A DNA stretch of 64,000 nt from Eukaryota sp. TZLM1-RC (Eukaryota > Protista > Metamonada: BaSk clade): assembly GCA_040285825.1 (NCBI GenBank), contig JAUPSS010000002.1, positions 2,542,001 through 2,606,000 on the forward strand, given 5' to 3'. The position numbers and the translations under genes were made by a program. Positions within the stretch are counted from its first letter, which is position 1. The number at the start of each line of letters is the position of its first letter. Below the pieces are notes generated by a model. That model was not told where the DNA came from, made no database searches, and saw only the letters and a program-made list of their open reading frames with translations. Of this stretch, positions 34,994 to 47,655 are shown in pieces.

Positions 34994-37039
34994 TCATTTT
35001 TTAATAAAATATTTTGAATTATTTTCCATAACATTGCCGTTTTCCGTCAATTTAGTTATAGCAAGTTCTACATCAGATTCATTTATATTCTTTCCTGGTA
35101 GATAAAGCTTCAACATTCCAATAATTCCACTCAAATCAAGTCCTTTTTTAGAAGTCTTCAACATTGTATTAATAAACTTTTTAAACAACTTGACCTCTGC
35201 AGACTCTACTACTACTTGCTGTTGTAATTTAATAGGGATAGCATTAGAAGCAGAATGATTAAACACAAACTCAGTATCAACACACACTCCACTAGTGAGA
35301 TCTACGGTCCTGATAATGTTCAAATTGATTAATTCAATGAAACCATTCAAAACAAATTCTTGAGGAACTTGATATAGTTTGGAAAAATCCAAAGGTTTGA
35401 GTTTTTGGGATCTCTTGAGTTCTTCTAATATGTACAAAGAAATCGGCGAAGTCTCAATAATTAGTGTTTTCTCTGAACAATTATCCTTTATTTTCAGTTT
35501 AACTCTCCCTTCCAGTGGGAAATACTTTATAACACGTTCATGGTGCTGTTGTTTATATAATGATTCAATACGGGAAATATTGATCTTTGTGAAGGGTTCA
35601 ATTTTGGAATCACTGCTTGAAATTACATTTGAAGGCCAACAGTGACGAGAAAGGATCAGTATTTTTGCTGTCTTATGATTTATCCAAAATTTGACAGAAT
35701 CTTCGACATCAACAATCATTTGGTCAACTAAATGTAGAATATCTAGTTCATTTCCAAAATACTTTTTTAGAATTTCCACTTTTTCAATTAAATCTGAAGT
35801 ATCCAAAGCACCACTAGATCTTGACCTCTTGAGTAACTCTTGTGAAACATAATGCTGAAATTTCAAAGCAACTGAGTGAACACCTCCAATAATGGAAACA
35901 AATGAATCAATTATATTTGATTTGATTGACGATGATGACGCAAAGGGGTCAAATATAGGAATTTCCACGACTTCAGCATCAATATTGACCTCTACGCCAG
36001 TTAATTCTTCCCCAAACAATTTTTCAAACACACTGTTAATAAAAGAGAAATCTGTTTCAGAAAAGGAACAAAACTCGTCATGTAGCTCAGAATAAGGGTC
36101 AAAAATAAGTTCTAGAACACAATCAAAAACGTCATCACGTGTGGTCAAAAACTTTTTCATTCCATCAAATACCAAATCAATATTGATTGATTCAGAGTTG
36201 CCAGTTACTAACCCTACTAAAATAGACAAAACCCTCAAAACATCTGCTGTGGGTGCTGCAAAGTGTAAAAGCCTTCTGTTCATGGTGACGTCTAGAATGT
36301 CTGTAAGTAAATGTTGAAAAAAAGAAATCATCACGTCAACGGGATCAAAATTAATGTTTTCAATCATTTTAATTACATTTTTGATCAAGATAAAAGGAAC
36401 AGAAGTTTCTAAAAAATTCTCTTTTAATGATGAAATAAATTTTTTGAATTGAGATAAATATCGAGATTTACTTATTGTTAAGGTAAACAGAAAGGCAACC
36501 AGTTTAAAATCATTAATGATTGATAAAGAATCTGGAAGACTAGTAATTAGTTCAAAAATTTTACTGGAAATAAACTCTAAAAATCGAAATAAAAACAAAG
36601 GAAACAAAATTGTTATAGTGTTACTGTTTTGGACAAAAGTAAGGGAATTTAAGAAATCATGGTCAAATTGAATATCAAAAACATCTAAACCTCCAAGGAA
36701 CTCATGAAATCGGATAAACCAAGCAGTACAGAAACATTTGAAAAACTCATCATTTTCAAGCCACTGACACTGTGTCGATGAAAGATCCTGGTTGTGATGG
36801 AAGAATGTGATTAAACACTTGTGTATAAAATGAAAGTCAGATCTGCCAGTTTCTAGATAAGATATAAGAAGGTTAGATCGATGGATAGAAGGAGGTAGTT
36901 GTAGTAGCAGATGAGTTACACTGAATGTAGGGTTATACGAAAAAATGGATCCGATAAAGTTGTTGGCTTCATCAAGTGATATGATGGGAGAATCGAGGTG
37001 TTGGGTATTGTTGAAGGAGAAGTCAAACCAGTGTGACAT
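34994..37039 (-). CDS. APC2: Anaphase-promoting complex subunit 2-like (cullin homology)
   Basis: RRLLHFAAPTADVL, VEILKKYFG...MIVDVEDS, ILSRHCWP and a C-terminal winged-helix-like FINTML...IIGMLKLY. Confidence 0.75.
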   Translation of the reverse strand: MSHWFDFSFNNTQHLDSPIISLDEANNFIGSIFSYNPTFSVTHLLLQLPPSIHRSNLLISYLETGRSDFHFIHKCLITFFHHNQDLSSTQCQWLENDEFFKCFCTAWFIRFHEFLGGLDVFDIQFDHDFLNSLTFVQNSNTITILFPLFLFRFLEFISSKIFELITSLPDSLSIINDFKLVAFLFTLTISKSRYLSQFKKFISSLKENFLETSVPFILIKNVIKMIENINFDPVDVMISFFQHLLTDILDVTMNRRLLHFAAPTADVLRVLSILVGLVTGNSESINIDLVFDGMKKFLTTRDDVFDCVLELIFDPYSELHDEFCSFSETDFSFINSVFEKLFGEELTGVEVNIDAEVVEIPIFDPFASSSSIKSNIIDSFVSIIGGVHSVALKFQHYVSQELLKRSRSSGALDTSDLIEKVEILKKYFGNELDILHLVDQMIVDVEDSVKFWINHKTAKILILSRHCWPSNVISSSDSKIEPFTKINISRIESLYKQQHHERVIKYFPLEGRVKLKIKDNCSEKTLIIETSPISLYILEELKRSQKLKPLDFSKLYQVPQEFVLNGFIELINLNIIRTVDLTSGVCVDTEFVFNHSASNAIPIKLQQQVVVESAEVKLFKKFINTMLKTSKKGLDLSGIIGMLKLYLPGKNINESDVELAITKLTENGNVMENNSKYFIKK

Positions 37040-37519
37040 TGTTTCTTTTAGAAAAAGCAGAAAAAAAACTTGAGAATTTCGGTTACATTCAACATCGCAA
37101 TGCGTTGACTCTGTTCATTGCTTCTTTAAGTGATTAGAGCGGGGATTGATTTGTCTTTGCCTTGTCTGGAAACCGTAGAACAGACAATCGTTGGGTGAGT
37201 CGTCTGAAGAAACCTCTGTTCTCATGTTTTTTGATGACGTTCTCAATAACGTTTGAAACAACCTCCATCACAACAAATGTGAAATCCTTCTTGATGATTG
37301 TACAATCACGATTGGCTTTGAACAAATGAATGTAAGTATTCTGAACGCCAATTGTCTACCATTGGTCTGCCTGAAGATTGCTGTGAAGCTTCATGGTAGT
37401 TGTCATTTTACCTACTGACTTTGAATTTACTTACTTTTGTTTTCAATAAAATCGTTGCTGTGGCTAACTTTTAACGTTCATATAATCAACAACAAACCAG
37501 AGCTTCATTGGTTATGTCT

Positions 37520-37932
37520 GGCCACAGATCCAATTGTATTACAAATTCGAACAATTATCCCCTGTCTAAAGGTGGTTGCTTTTGTGGACAATGTAGTTCT
37601 AATAAGAAAGCTCAATTATGTCGATGTTCTCGAATTCAAAGCCAAAGAAAGACTTAGAAAATATAATGTTGATAGAAATACACAACCTGTGTTTACTGAT
37701 TTCTCATTATCTCTAAGCAGTAGACTACTAGTAGAAGCTGAAAGTTTTTTTTGAACATTTTCCAAAAAACGACTCAATCAAAAATATAAAGTGATTTGAT
37801 ATAATTGAATTGAGCTCTCGAATTCAATTCACCGGAATTGTTAGATTACCTCGGTTGTTTTGTCGAATAAGAAAAGCAATGGCGAGAAAACCAGCAGCTA
37901 AGGATCTTGCAGAGGATATTTAGGTTCGATAA
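37520..37932 (+). mobile_element. Highly degenerate CRE-like fragment
   Basis: VAFVDNVVLI (RT YxDD relic) fused to LEFKAKERLRKY (family B 3' end). Confidence 0.6.
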
Positions 37933-38291
37933 ATTTCATTAAATCTGATTTTATTAAATGTTGCAGTTCAGTAAAACTATATAGTTACATCAAACACAAT
38001 GTTTCTGAAGTTTTACTCATGGAAGGCTTTGTTAACATTATTGCTTTAATGTTAAATTTGATGTTATAGCATTGTGAACATGTCAACTAACACATTCCAC
38101 AATAATAGCTTGGTGAAAAAGAGAATTTCACCAACAAAATAGAAGAAGTAGTAACCAAAATAAGCTCTGAAAATTAAAAATTAATTATAAAGAGTAAAAA
38201 TTGAATTGAACACAAAATTGAACAAAATTGAAGAAAAGGATTCTGTCTGCCCTTATCACTACTATTGATGACTTAACCTTACTCAAATCTT

Positions 38292-41200
38292 ATGGATCAT
38301 TCACTAGCATCTTTACGTCAAACCAACGCAGATCTTCGGCGTGAAATCGACGAAATCGTTGATGAATCATCCCGTCAGGCAGCAGTTTATGAATCTACCA
38401 TCAACGAGCTACGCAAAGAACTCAATTCATCCAAAGGTGTTAAAAATCTAAAGACTTCTGATACTACTTCTTCACCTGCAGTGGAGTCATTGGAGCTGGC
38501 TCTATCTGAAATGAATACTGAGCTTTTACAGGCTTATTCCATAATTAGGCAAATGGAGTCGGAGTTGCAAACAAAGAGTGAAATTTCTAGCCAAATTGAC
38601 TCTCTTCAAGCTGCATTGCAAAATAAAACCCAAGTTGAAATTGAATTGAATCAACAAATTGCTGCTTTACAAGAAGAATTGACTGCCAAGAGTGAAATTT
38701 CTAGTCAAATTGACTCTATTCAAGCTGAATTGCAAAATAAAAGCCAAGTTGAAATTGAATTAAATCAACAAATTGCTGCTTTACAAGAAGAATTGACTGC
38801 CATGAGTGAAATTTCTAGTCAAATTGACTCTCTTCAAGCTGAATTGCAAAATAAAAGCCAAGTTGAAATTGAATTAAATCAACAAATTGCTGCTTTACAA
38901 GGAGAATTGACTGCCAAGAGTGAAATTTCTAGTCAAAATGACTCTCTTCAAGCTGAATTGCAAAATAAAAGCCAAGCTGAAATTGAATTAAATCAACAAA
39001 TTGTTGTTTTACAAGAAGAATTGACTGTCAAGAGTGAAATTTCTAGTCAAATTGACTCTCTTCAAGCTGAATTGCAAAATAAAAGCCAAGCTGAAATTGA
39101 ATTGAATCAACAAATTGCTGCTTTACAAGAAGAATTGACTGCCAAGAGTGAAATTTCTAGCCAAATTGACTCTCTTCAAGCTGAATTGCAAAATAAAACC
39201 CAAGCTGAAATTGAATTAAATCAACAAATTGCTGCTTTACAAGAAGAATTGACTGCCATGAGTGAAATTTCTAGTCAAATTGACTCTCTTCAAGCTGAAT
39301 TGCAAAATAAAAGCCAAGTTGAAATTGAATTAAATCAACAAATTGCTGCTTTACAAGGAGAATTGACTGCCAAGAGTGAAATTTCTAGTCAAAATGACTC
39401 TCTTCAAGCTGAATTGCAAAATAAAAGCCAAGCTGAAATTGAATTAAATCAACAAATTGCTGCTTTACAAGAAGAATTGACTGCCAAGAGTGAAATTTCT
39501 AGTCAAATTGACTCTCTTCAAGCTGAATTGCAAAATAAAAGCCAAGCTGAAATTGAATTGAATCAACAAATTGCTGCTTTACAAGAAGAATTGACTGCCA
39601 AGAGTGAAATTTCTAGTCAAATTGACTCTCTTCAAGCTGAATTGCAAAATAAAAGCCAAGCTGAAATTGAATTGAATCAACAGATTGCTACTTTACAAGA
39701 AGAATTGACTGCCAAGAGTGAAATTTCTAGTCAAATTGGATCTCTTCAAGCTGAATTGCAAAATAAAACCCAAGTTGAAATTGAATTAAACCAACAAATT
39801 GCTGCTTTACAAGAAGAATTGACTGCCAAGAGTGAAATTTCTAGTCAAATTGACTCTCTTCAAGCTCAATTGCAAAATAAAAGCCAAGCTGAAATTGAAT
39901 TAAATCAACAAATTGTTGCTTTACAAGAAGAATTGACTGCCAAGAGTGAAATTTCTAGTCAAATTGACTCTCTTCAAGCTCAATTGCAAAATAAAAGCCA
40001 AGCTGAAATTGAATTAAATCAACAAATTGCTGCTTTACAAGAAGAATTGACTGCCAAGAGTGCAATTTCTAGTCAAATTGACTCTCTTCAAGCTGAATTG
40101 CAAAATAAAAGCCAAGCTGAAATTGAATTGAATCAACAAATTGCTACTTTACAAGAAGAATTGACTGCCAAGAGTGAAATTTCTAGTCAAATTGACTCTC
40201 TTCAAGCTGAATTGCAAAATAAAAGCCACGCTGAAATTGAATTAAACCAACAAATTGCTGCTTTACAAGAAGAATTGACTGCCAAGAGTGAAATTTCTAG
40301 TCAAATTGACTCTCTTCAAGCTGAATTGCAAAATAAAACCCAAGTTGAAATTGAATTGAATCAACAAATTGTTACTTTACAAGAAGAATTGACTGCCAAG
40401 AGTGAAATTTCTAGTCAAATTGACTCTCTTCAAGCTGAATTGCAAAATAAAACCCACGTTGAAATTGAATTGAATCAACAAATTGCTACTTTACAAGATG
40501 AATTGACTGCCAAGAGTGAAATTTCTAGTCAAATTGACTCTCTTCAAGCTGAATTGCAAAATAAAACCCACGTTGAAATTGAATTGAATCAACAAATTGC
40601 TGCTTTACAAGAAGAAGTGACTGCCAAGAGTGAAATTTCTAGTCAAATTGACTCTCTTCAAGCTGAATTGCAAAATAAAACCCAAGCTGAAATTGAATTA
40701 AATCAACAAATTGTTGCTTTACAAGAAGAATTGACTGCCAAGAGTGAAATTTCTAGTCAAATTGACTCTCTTCAAGCTGAATTGCAAAATAAGAGCCAAG
40801 CTGAAATTGAATTGAATCAACAAATTGCTGCTTTACAAGAAGAATTGACTGCCAAGAGTGAAATTTCTAGTCAAATTGACTCTCTTCAAGCTGAATTGCA
40901 AAATAAAACCCAAGCTGAAATTGAATTGAATCAACAAATTGCTGCTTTACAAGAAGAATTGACTGCTAAGAGTGAAATGTCTAGTCAAATTGACTCTCTT
41001 CAAGCTGAATTGCAAAATAAGAGCCAAGCTGAAATTGAATTGAATCAACAAATTGCTGCTTTACAAGAAGAATTGACTGCCAAGAGTGAAATTTCTAGTC
41101 AAATTGACTCTCTTCAAGCTGAATTGCAAAATAAAACCCAAGCTGAAATTGAATTGAATCAACAAATTGCTGCTTTACAAGAAGAATTGACTGCTAAGAG

Positions 41201-42986
41201 TGAAATGTCTAGTCAAATTGACTCTCTTCAAGCTGAATTGCAAAATAAAACCCAAGCTGAAATTGAATTAAATCAACAAATTGTTGCTTTACAAGAAGAA
41301 TTGACTGCCAAGAGTGAAATTTCTAGTCAAATTGACTCTCTTCAAGCTGAATTGCAAAATAAGAGCCAAGCTGAAATTGAATTGAATCAACAAAATGCTG
41401 CTTTACAAGAAGAATTGACTGCCAAGAGTGAAATTTCTAGTCAAATTGACTCTCTTCAAGCTGAATTGCAAAATAAAAGCCAAGCTGAAATTGAATTGAA
41501 TCAACAAATTGCTACTTTACAAGAAGAATTGACTGCCAAGAGTGAAATTTCTAGTCAAAATGACTCTCTTCAAGCTGAATTGCAAAATAAAACCCAAGTT
41601 GAAATTGAATTGAATCAACAAATTGCTGCTTTACAAGAAGAATTGACTGCCAAGAGTGAAATGTCTAGTCAAAATGACTCTCTTCAAGCTGAATTGCAAA
41701 ATAAAAGCCAAGCTGAAATTGAATTGAATCAACAAATTGCTGCTTTACAAGAAGAATTGACTGCCAAGAGTGAAATTTCTAGTCAAATTGACTCTCTTCA
41801 AGCTGAATTGCAAAATAAAACCCAAGTTGAAATTGAATTGAATCAACAAATTGCTGCTTTACAAGAAGAATTGACTGCCAAGAGTGAAATGTCTAGTCAA
41901 AATGACTCTCTTCAAGCTGAATTGCAAAATAAAAGCCAAGCTGAAATTGAATTGAATCAACAAATTGCTGCTTTACAAGAAGAATTGACTGCCAAGAGTG
42001 AAATTTCTAGTCAAATTGACTCTCTTCAAGCTGAATTGCAAAATAAAAGCCAAGCTGAAATTGAATTAAATCAACAAATTGTTGCTTTACAAGAAGAATT
42101 GACTGCCAAGAGTGAAATTTCTAGTCAAATTGACTCTCTTCAAGCTGAATTGCAAAATAAAACCCAAGTTGAAATTGAATTGAATCAACAAATTGCTGCT
42201 TTACAAGAAGAATTGACTGCCAAGAGTGAAATGTCTAGTCAAAATGACTCACTTCAAGCTGAATTGCAAAATAAAAGCCAAGCTGAAATTGAATTGAATC
42301 AACAAATTGCTGCTTTACAAGAAGAATTGACTGCCAAGAGTGAAATTTCTAGTCAAATTGACTCTCTTCAAGCTGAATTGCAAAATAAAAGCCAAGCTGA
42401 AATTGAATTAAATCAACAAATTGTTGCTTTACAAGAAGAATTGACTGCCAAGAGTGAAATTTCTATTCAAATTGACTCTCTTCAAGCTGAATTGCAAAAT
42501 AAAACCCAAGTTGAAATTGAATTGAATCAACAAATTGCTGCTTTACAAGAAGAATTGACTGCCAAGAGTGAAATGTCTAGTCAAATTGACTCTCTTCAAG
42601 CTGAATTGCAAAATAAAAGCCAAGCTGAAATTGAATTGAATCAACAAATTGCTGCTTTACAAGAAGAATTGACTGCCAAGAGTGAAATGTCTAGTCAAAT
42701 TGACTCTCTTCAAGCTGAATTGCAAAATAAAAGCCAAGCTGAAATTGAATTGAATCAACAAATTATACAGCTTTTGTGTGATAATCTTGTTTTGAAGACC
42801 GAAAATCAGCTTATTCAGGCTGAAAATGATGATGTTTATTCAAAATATTCTAATATTCTTATCCAACATTCTGTATTGAAAACAGATGCAAAATCCCAGA
42901 GAGATAGAAACCTTTTGCTCAGACGACGACTCTCTTCAAATTCATTACCACCTAGAAAAAGTGCCAGGTTGGAAAAGGAAAGTTGA
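38292..42986 (+). CDS. Large coiled-coil protein with ~37 tandem 38-aa repeats
   Basis: 1564-aa ORF; unit KSEISSQIDSLQAELQNKSQAEIELNQQIAALQEELTA. Confidence 0.85.
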   Translation: MDHSLASLRQTNADLRREIDEIVDESSRQAAVYESTINELRKELNSSKGVKNLKTSDTTSSPAVESLELALSEMNTELLQAYSIIRQMESELQTKSEISSQIDSLQAALQNKTQVEIELNQQIAALQEELTAKSEISSQIDSIQAELQNKSQVEIELNQQIAALQEELTAMSEISSQIDSLQAELQNKSQVEIELNQQIAALQGELTAKSEISSQNDSLQAELQNKSQAEIELNQQIVVLQEELTVKSEISSQIDSLQAELQNKSQAEIELNQQIAALQEELTAKSEISSQIDSLQAELQNKTQAEIELNQQIAALQEELTAMSEISSQIDSLQAELQNKSQVEIELNQQIAALQGELTAKSEISSQNDSLQAELQNKSQAEIELNQQIAALQEELTAKSEISSQIDSLQAELQNKSQAEIELNQQIAALQEELTAKSEISSQIDSLQAELQNKSQAEIELNQQIATLQEELTAKSEISSQIGSLQAELQNKTQVEIELNQQIAALQEELTAKSEISSQIDSLQAQLQNKSQAEIELNQQIVALQEELTAKSEISSQIDSLQAQLQNKSQAEIELNQQIAALQEELTAKSAISSQIDSLQAELQNKSQAEIELNQQIATLQEELTAKSEISSQIDSLQAELQNKSHAEIELNQQIAALQEELTAKSEISSQIDSLQAELQNKTQVEIELNQQIVTLQEELTAKSEISSQIDSLQAELQNKTHVEIELNQQIATLQDELTAKSEISSQIDSLQAELQNKTHVEIELNQQIAALQEEVTAKSEISSQIDSLQAELQNKTQAEIELNQQIVALQEELTAKSEISSQIDSLQAELQNKSQAEIELNQQIAALQEELTAKSEISSQIDSLQAELQNKTQAEIELNQQIAALQEELTAKSEMSSQIDSLQAELQNKSQAEIELNQQIAALQEELTAKSEISSQIDSLQAELQNKTQAEIELNQQIAALQEELTAKSEMSSQIDSLQAELQNKTQAEIELNQQIVALQEELTAKSEISSQIDSLQAELQNKSQAEIELNQQNAALQEELTAKSEISSQIDSLQAELQNKSQAEIELNQQIATLQEELTAKSEISSQNDSLQAELQNKTQVEIELNQQIAALQEELTAKSEMSSQNDSLQAELQNKSQAEIELNQQIAALQEELTAKSEISSQIDSLQAELQNKTQVEIELNQQIAALQEELTAKSEMSSQNDSLQAELQNKSQAEIELNQQIAALQEELTAKSEISSQIDSLQAELQNKSQAEIELNQQIVALQEELTAKSEISSQIDSLQAELQNKTQVEIELNQQIAALQEELTAKSEMSSQNDSLQAELQNKSQAEIELNQQIAALQEELTAKSEISSQIDSLQAELQNKSQAEIELNQQIVALQEELTAKSEISIQIDSLQAELQNKTQVEIELNQQIAALQEELTAKSEMSSQIDSLQAELQNKSQAEIELNQQIAALQEELTAKSEMSSQIDSLQAELQNKSQAEIELNQQIIQLLCDNLVLKTENQLIQAENDDVYSKYSNILIQHSVLKTDAKSQRDRNLLLRRRLSSNSLPPRKSARLEKES
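38574..42765 (+). repeat. 114-bp coding tandem array (~37 units)
   Basis: aagagtgaaatttctag recurs with a 114-nt period (38574, 38688, ...). Confidence 0.95.
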
Positions 42987-43123
42987 ATTTTAGTATATTG
43001 AACTCTATTTGTGACTGTGCACAATACATTTATTTCAATTTATTTCTTTCTTGCAACCCCATTCCCTTACATTTTCTGAAACCATCATTGCAAATAGCTC
43101 ATATTTTCATATATATTTTTCAA

Positions 43124-43161
43124 ATATATTATATATATATATATATTATATATATATATAT
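43124..43161. repeat. (TA)n microsatellite, interrupted
   Basis: atatattatatatatatatatattatatatatatatat. Confidence 0.85.
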
Positions 43162-45240
43162 TTTGAGGGGAATCTATTCAAAATTGTTTTTCTGATATTG
43201 TACTGAGTTTGGGGAATGAACCCAGACTTCTTCCACCCGACATGGGTCGGAATTTGTAAAATCACTATGACAATTGAATGTTTAAAAATATGCAATCAAA
43301 TAGCCCACAATCAAGAAAGCCATTCTTGGCCCAGATCGTTCAGCATTAGCAACAAATCAATTAGGAAGAATACACCTTTATTCAAGAATGTTTATTCAAC
43401 TTGTGCTTACAGTTTGTCAACAAAGGCTCTGGAGGATTGGCACTTAATTTCTAATCTTGCTCGGTTTATTTTGATCTTCTTGATGAAAATGTTTATACTG
43501 TTGTTTTTGGTGTTATTGAAAAATGAGAATTAATTCAATTCACAGTTTACTTACATGAATTTGAATCAAATACGATTGAAAAGAATATTGAGAATGGATG
43601 AAGCTGCCACTTAGTGAGTGCCATATCTCATTAAACAAGATAACCAAGTACAAGAAACTTTTCTTCAAAACAATGATAACAATAATCAACCAATGATCAT
43701 TGAGGAATTGAATTTCAGCAGTGTAAGTACCCAACTATAATATCAAAAGGAAGAAATTTTGAGGATGTAAAGATAAAATGGATGCTTATTGCTGAACAAT
43801 AAACTATTCAACCTCTGCAACAATCACTATTCAAGTTAAACACTTTTCTTCACTTTTCTTTTAATCAAAAAGTTGAAAACCAAGGCTGAACTTGATTCTA
43901 TTTTAATACAATGAGAAATTTTCTGTTCCTTGTATTATTTTTTATTCTACAGTGGATTTTTGTTGAAGGGTTCCATTTGTATATTGTGCTTACAACTGAA
44001 TGACAAAACTTTAATTAAATGTCAAGTCAAGTCAAGTCAATTAAATATTCTTGGTTCACTCCATTTATTTCCATTAGTTCTGATTTTATATAAATAAGTG
44101 TTGTAGTTCAATAAACCTTGTTAATGAATCCTTATTTTAAGAAATATTCATAAGGAAAATTCATAAAAATAGTTCATTAGAAAAAGACAAGAGCGCGCCC
44201 CAGTATCACCAATCGCAATTCAGAATCAAACATCCATAGATGTTTTCCAGTGTAAAAAAATGTAATTGTTTTGAGATTCGGCCCTTGACAGAAAGTTTCA
44301 GAAAAGCAGCAATTGTTTTAATTGATGGTCCAATTTGTGATGCAGTAATTATTATCGACAATAGTAGAGATTGCACTCAAAGTCATCTTCTATATGGAAC
44401 CAGTAAGAGGGGTATTAGTTCGGGAACAAATATTTTTTTTACAAAAGTACTATACATACGAGTTTTGTTTGAGTTGGGGTTGAAATATCATGGATCTGCA
44501 AACCATACCTATTTATGTTGATCTTAAACAGTTGAAATTTGACATCTGAAATTGTGACATAACAGATTCTACTAGGCGTAAAGAAAGATTTTCGGAACTT
44601 CGAATAAAAACAGCTAAAATCCGACTCCATTGGGCTTATTTCGATTGGCTGTGTTACCCAGGACAGTGTGACTAATGGATCTGTTGCCTTTTTTGCTAAC
44701 TATGGTAACGCTTTGAGATTTTGTGATTGCTGGTTTGGAAATGTACCTTAAATTTTCAAGAAATTGCAACGTATTTTGAACAAACGAAAATTGAACTTTG
44801 TTCGATTTCTTTTTTAGATTAACAAAAACATGTCAATAATTTTATGCTTCAAATTTGTATTATTTGGAAAATATCACTTTTGGAGGTCTTGTGCTTCTTT
44901 TATAGCATTAGACGTTTATCAGTTCCTTTAAACAGACTGATTTCTGTCAATTTTGCAGTTTTTGATGCCGTTAGGCAGAAATACCAAAGAAGTAAAGAGA
45001 GAAAAAAGAGGTTTATTAATATAAATACTTGTCTTTGAACAAGTGCCACGTCATCATGTAAATTCCTCATCTGTCTAGCAAGTTAGTTAATCGGTAACAA
45101 CAACATTTTGTTGTTATAAACTTCAGCAAAAGTTGTTGAAGATTGTTGAAGCTTGGCTTTTGTTGTTGCACATGACATGCCCAAGATACAAATATAGCCT
45201 TTGCAAAGCTTTTAGAAGATTTGTGTGGCATCACGATTTC

Positions 45241-46644
45241 TGTTGGCGCCTCTAGGCTTAAATAGAATAAGGGCAAAATAAATCAATTTTACCTCATTCA
45301 CATTATCTCAAACTTTATCTTAAGTTTATGACTTAAGGCAACAATTTATTGGCCTCAGTTAAGTCAAAAGCTATTCCATACATAACTACAGCAAAAACTA
45401 GCAGGGCTTATTAGTAAATATTATTATTAGCTATCAGTAAAGTAATAGCATGTCAGACATCTTAAGAAAAGACCTCTCTAACCTATCACATCCTTTTTAT
45501 AACATGCAGCAACAGCAGCATCCACAGGACAAACAAAAAACGACGAGGCAACAGATTCGGCCCCCACTTCCCCTTCAATAAAGAAGCATTGGAAAGAGTG
45601 GACGAACTTGCTTCTTCTGCAAAAGTTGATATTAAAGGAACAAGCGCGGAGCTGGATCCCACGTTTCCTTCAAGAATGGCTGAAGAGGTAACGAGAACAG
45701 ACCCGGCTCTTCCTCTCTCACAAAAAATAGTAAAACCACCAATGTCGTTCGAAGTCACGAGAGAACCCAGCTACATCTCCTTTTTTTGTAGAATCTAGTA
45801 AGGAAAAAGATGGAAATCCCATTTTACATACATCAACTCTTCTAGGCCAGTATGATGAATTTCAGGCTCAACTAATTAAAATAAAGAATGACACCGATGA
45901 TGGATACTACTAACTTTTAACAAACAGGCGGAGACCTACCTCAAGTTAATGGACTTTTGTCTATTGGAGCAGTTCCTTTTTTTAGGGAGCCAAACATAAA
46001 AAAAGTCGACTACATACGAGGTTACAAATAGATACTACACCTCCACTATTAATGTACTACAAGGGAAGGATACGGATGTTGCTCCTCCAACATATTTAGT
46101 CGAAAGGGCAGTAGTTTAACAACAAAAGACACCACCTTCCAAATTCTGAACTTTGTTACTTTGCCTACTGTTGTTTTTAGTCCAACGTAAATCCCTGTCT
46201 GATTAACAGCGAATCCACTATTCAATTCTATAATACCTATGCACAACGACAGTATTACGTTACTCGTTTACGAAAAAAGGAAGAAGCATAGCGTCTTTAT
46301 GTAGCGATCAACGTACTTAACAAAAAAATCGAACAAACAGCTCTTGGAATGAGGCCCTTTTAGTTAATATTAACTACCCTATCCTACATTATTATAAAAG
46401 AGTCATAGTACATCAATTATCGAACTGAAAAGTGTAAAACCAGTGTTTGTGTGAATAACAATTAGCGCAGAAATATAAGTAGACTATAGAAAACATCAGT
46501 ATTTAGTTATCCAGTATTTTGTAAATGAATAGTTTTTATAGTTAATGGTTTATAAGTTTTGGAAATGGGTAGAAGCAGTCTTGGCGCCTTTAGGCTTAAA
46601 TAGAATAAGGGCATAATAAATCAACTTTACTTCATTCACATTAT
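45241..46644 (+). mobile_element. Internally deleted LTR element related to the Gypsy family
   Basis: 5' LTR tgttggcgcc...aaggcaaca 45241-45343; PPT-like ggaaatgggtagaagcag, then a truncated 3' LTR copy 46579-46644; no intact ORF. Confidence 0.75.
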
Positions 46645-47060
46645 TAACCCTTGTGATCTGTCAAACGAAAGTCTAGTTAATTCTGAAATTCATAAGCCCA
46701 TTTCAAATGATGAAAATTTAAAAAGCAAAAAATACAGTGAACATTTAATCTCCCCAACAGCATGGAAAATACAATTTGTGTCCATTTTCATTTTTCTATT
46801 TGATTCACTTGCTGCCACTGCATTACGTTTTTGGCAGATTTTGAAATGAAGGCAAAGACAAGGTGGACCAATAGAAATTTCAACAGATTGTTTTGGCACA
46901 ATAGAATTGATTTTTCTATTTTTAAGGGGATGTTGAAGATGGTTTCTGGTGCTCTGCTTTCCCTTGGGTCTGTCGATGAGAGATTTCCATCTAGTCGTTT
47001 TCTTTTGGGAGAGATGAATTATTTAGATGTTGAGTCAAAAGTAGTTCAATAAATAATTTT
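46645..47060 (+). mobile_element. CRE-like 3' fragment (family A)
   Basis: NRNFNRLFWHNRIDFSIFKGMLKMVS matches 28180-28488. Confidence 0.75.
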
Positions 47061-47172
47061 ATAGCAAAAATTGTGCCTATTACGAAACTCATAATTTACA
47101 ATTTGGGGATAAAATGGATGTTTGGATTCTTGATTTCAAATAGTTAAATTTTTGAATCTAATACATTCGATC

Positions 47173-47655
47173 ATGCAAAACATTCAACTCATGCGCGCTT
47201 TGCAAGAGGCCCAAAGATCGAACGATCATGGTAGAGTCTTTACTGTGTCCATTGATAACAATGTCAATAAATGGAAAGTGAAGCTGCTTTTCAACGATAA
47301 AGATGAAAGGCACTTTCTTCAAGCCCTACAACAGAAAGGTTACAATGACATTGAGCTAGAACTAACCTTTGGTCCTGAATATCCCTCCAAAGCTCCTTTT
47401 GTTCGATGTATTTACCCAATATTTCAACAATGGACGGCTCACATTACTCTAGGAGGTGCCGTTTGTCACCCCTTACTCTTCTCTCCGGGATGGCAGTCCA
47501 CAATTCCCATATCAACCCTAATCCAGGTTATTAGACTTAACATTCTGGAAGGAAACCCACAGCTTCACCCGAACCAAAACTTGGGACAATACAATATGAG
47601 CACAGCCCAGCAAGCAAGGACCAGGGCTGCAAGACAACATGGATGGCATACATAG
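47173..47655 (+). CDS. Ubiquitin-conjugating enzyme E2, UBE2Q-like
   Basis: IELELTFGPEYPSKAPFVRCIYP...HITLGGAVCHPLL...GW with catalytic Cys; first ATG at 47173. Confidence 0.85.
   Translation: MQNIQLMRALQEAQRSNDHGRVFTVSIDNNVNKWKVKLLFNDKDERHFLQALQQKGYNDIELELTFGPEYPSKAPFVRCIYPIFQQWTAHITLGGAVCHPLLFSPGWQSTIPISTLIQVIRLNILEGNPQLHPNQNLGQYNMSTAQQARTRAARQHGWHT

Noticed and set aside
38574-42765. CRISPR-like array
   Set aside because: Contiguous coding tandem repeat with no unique spacers.
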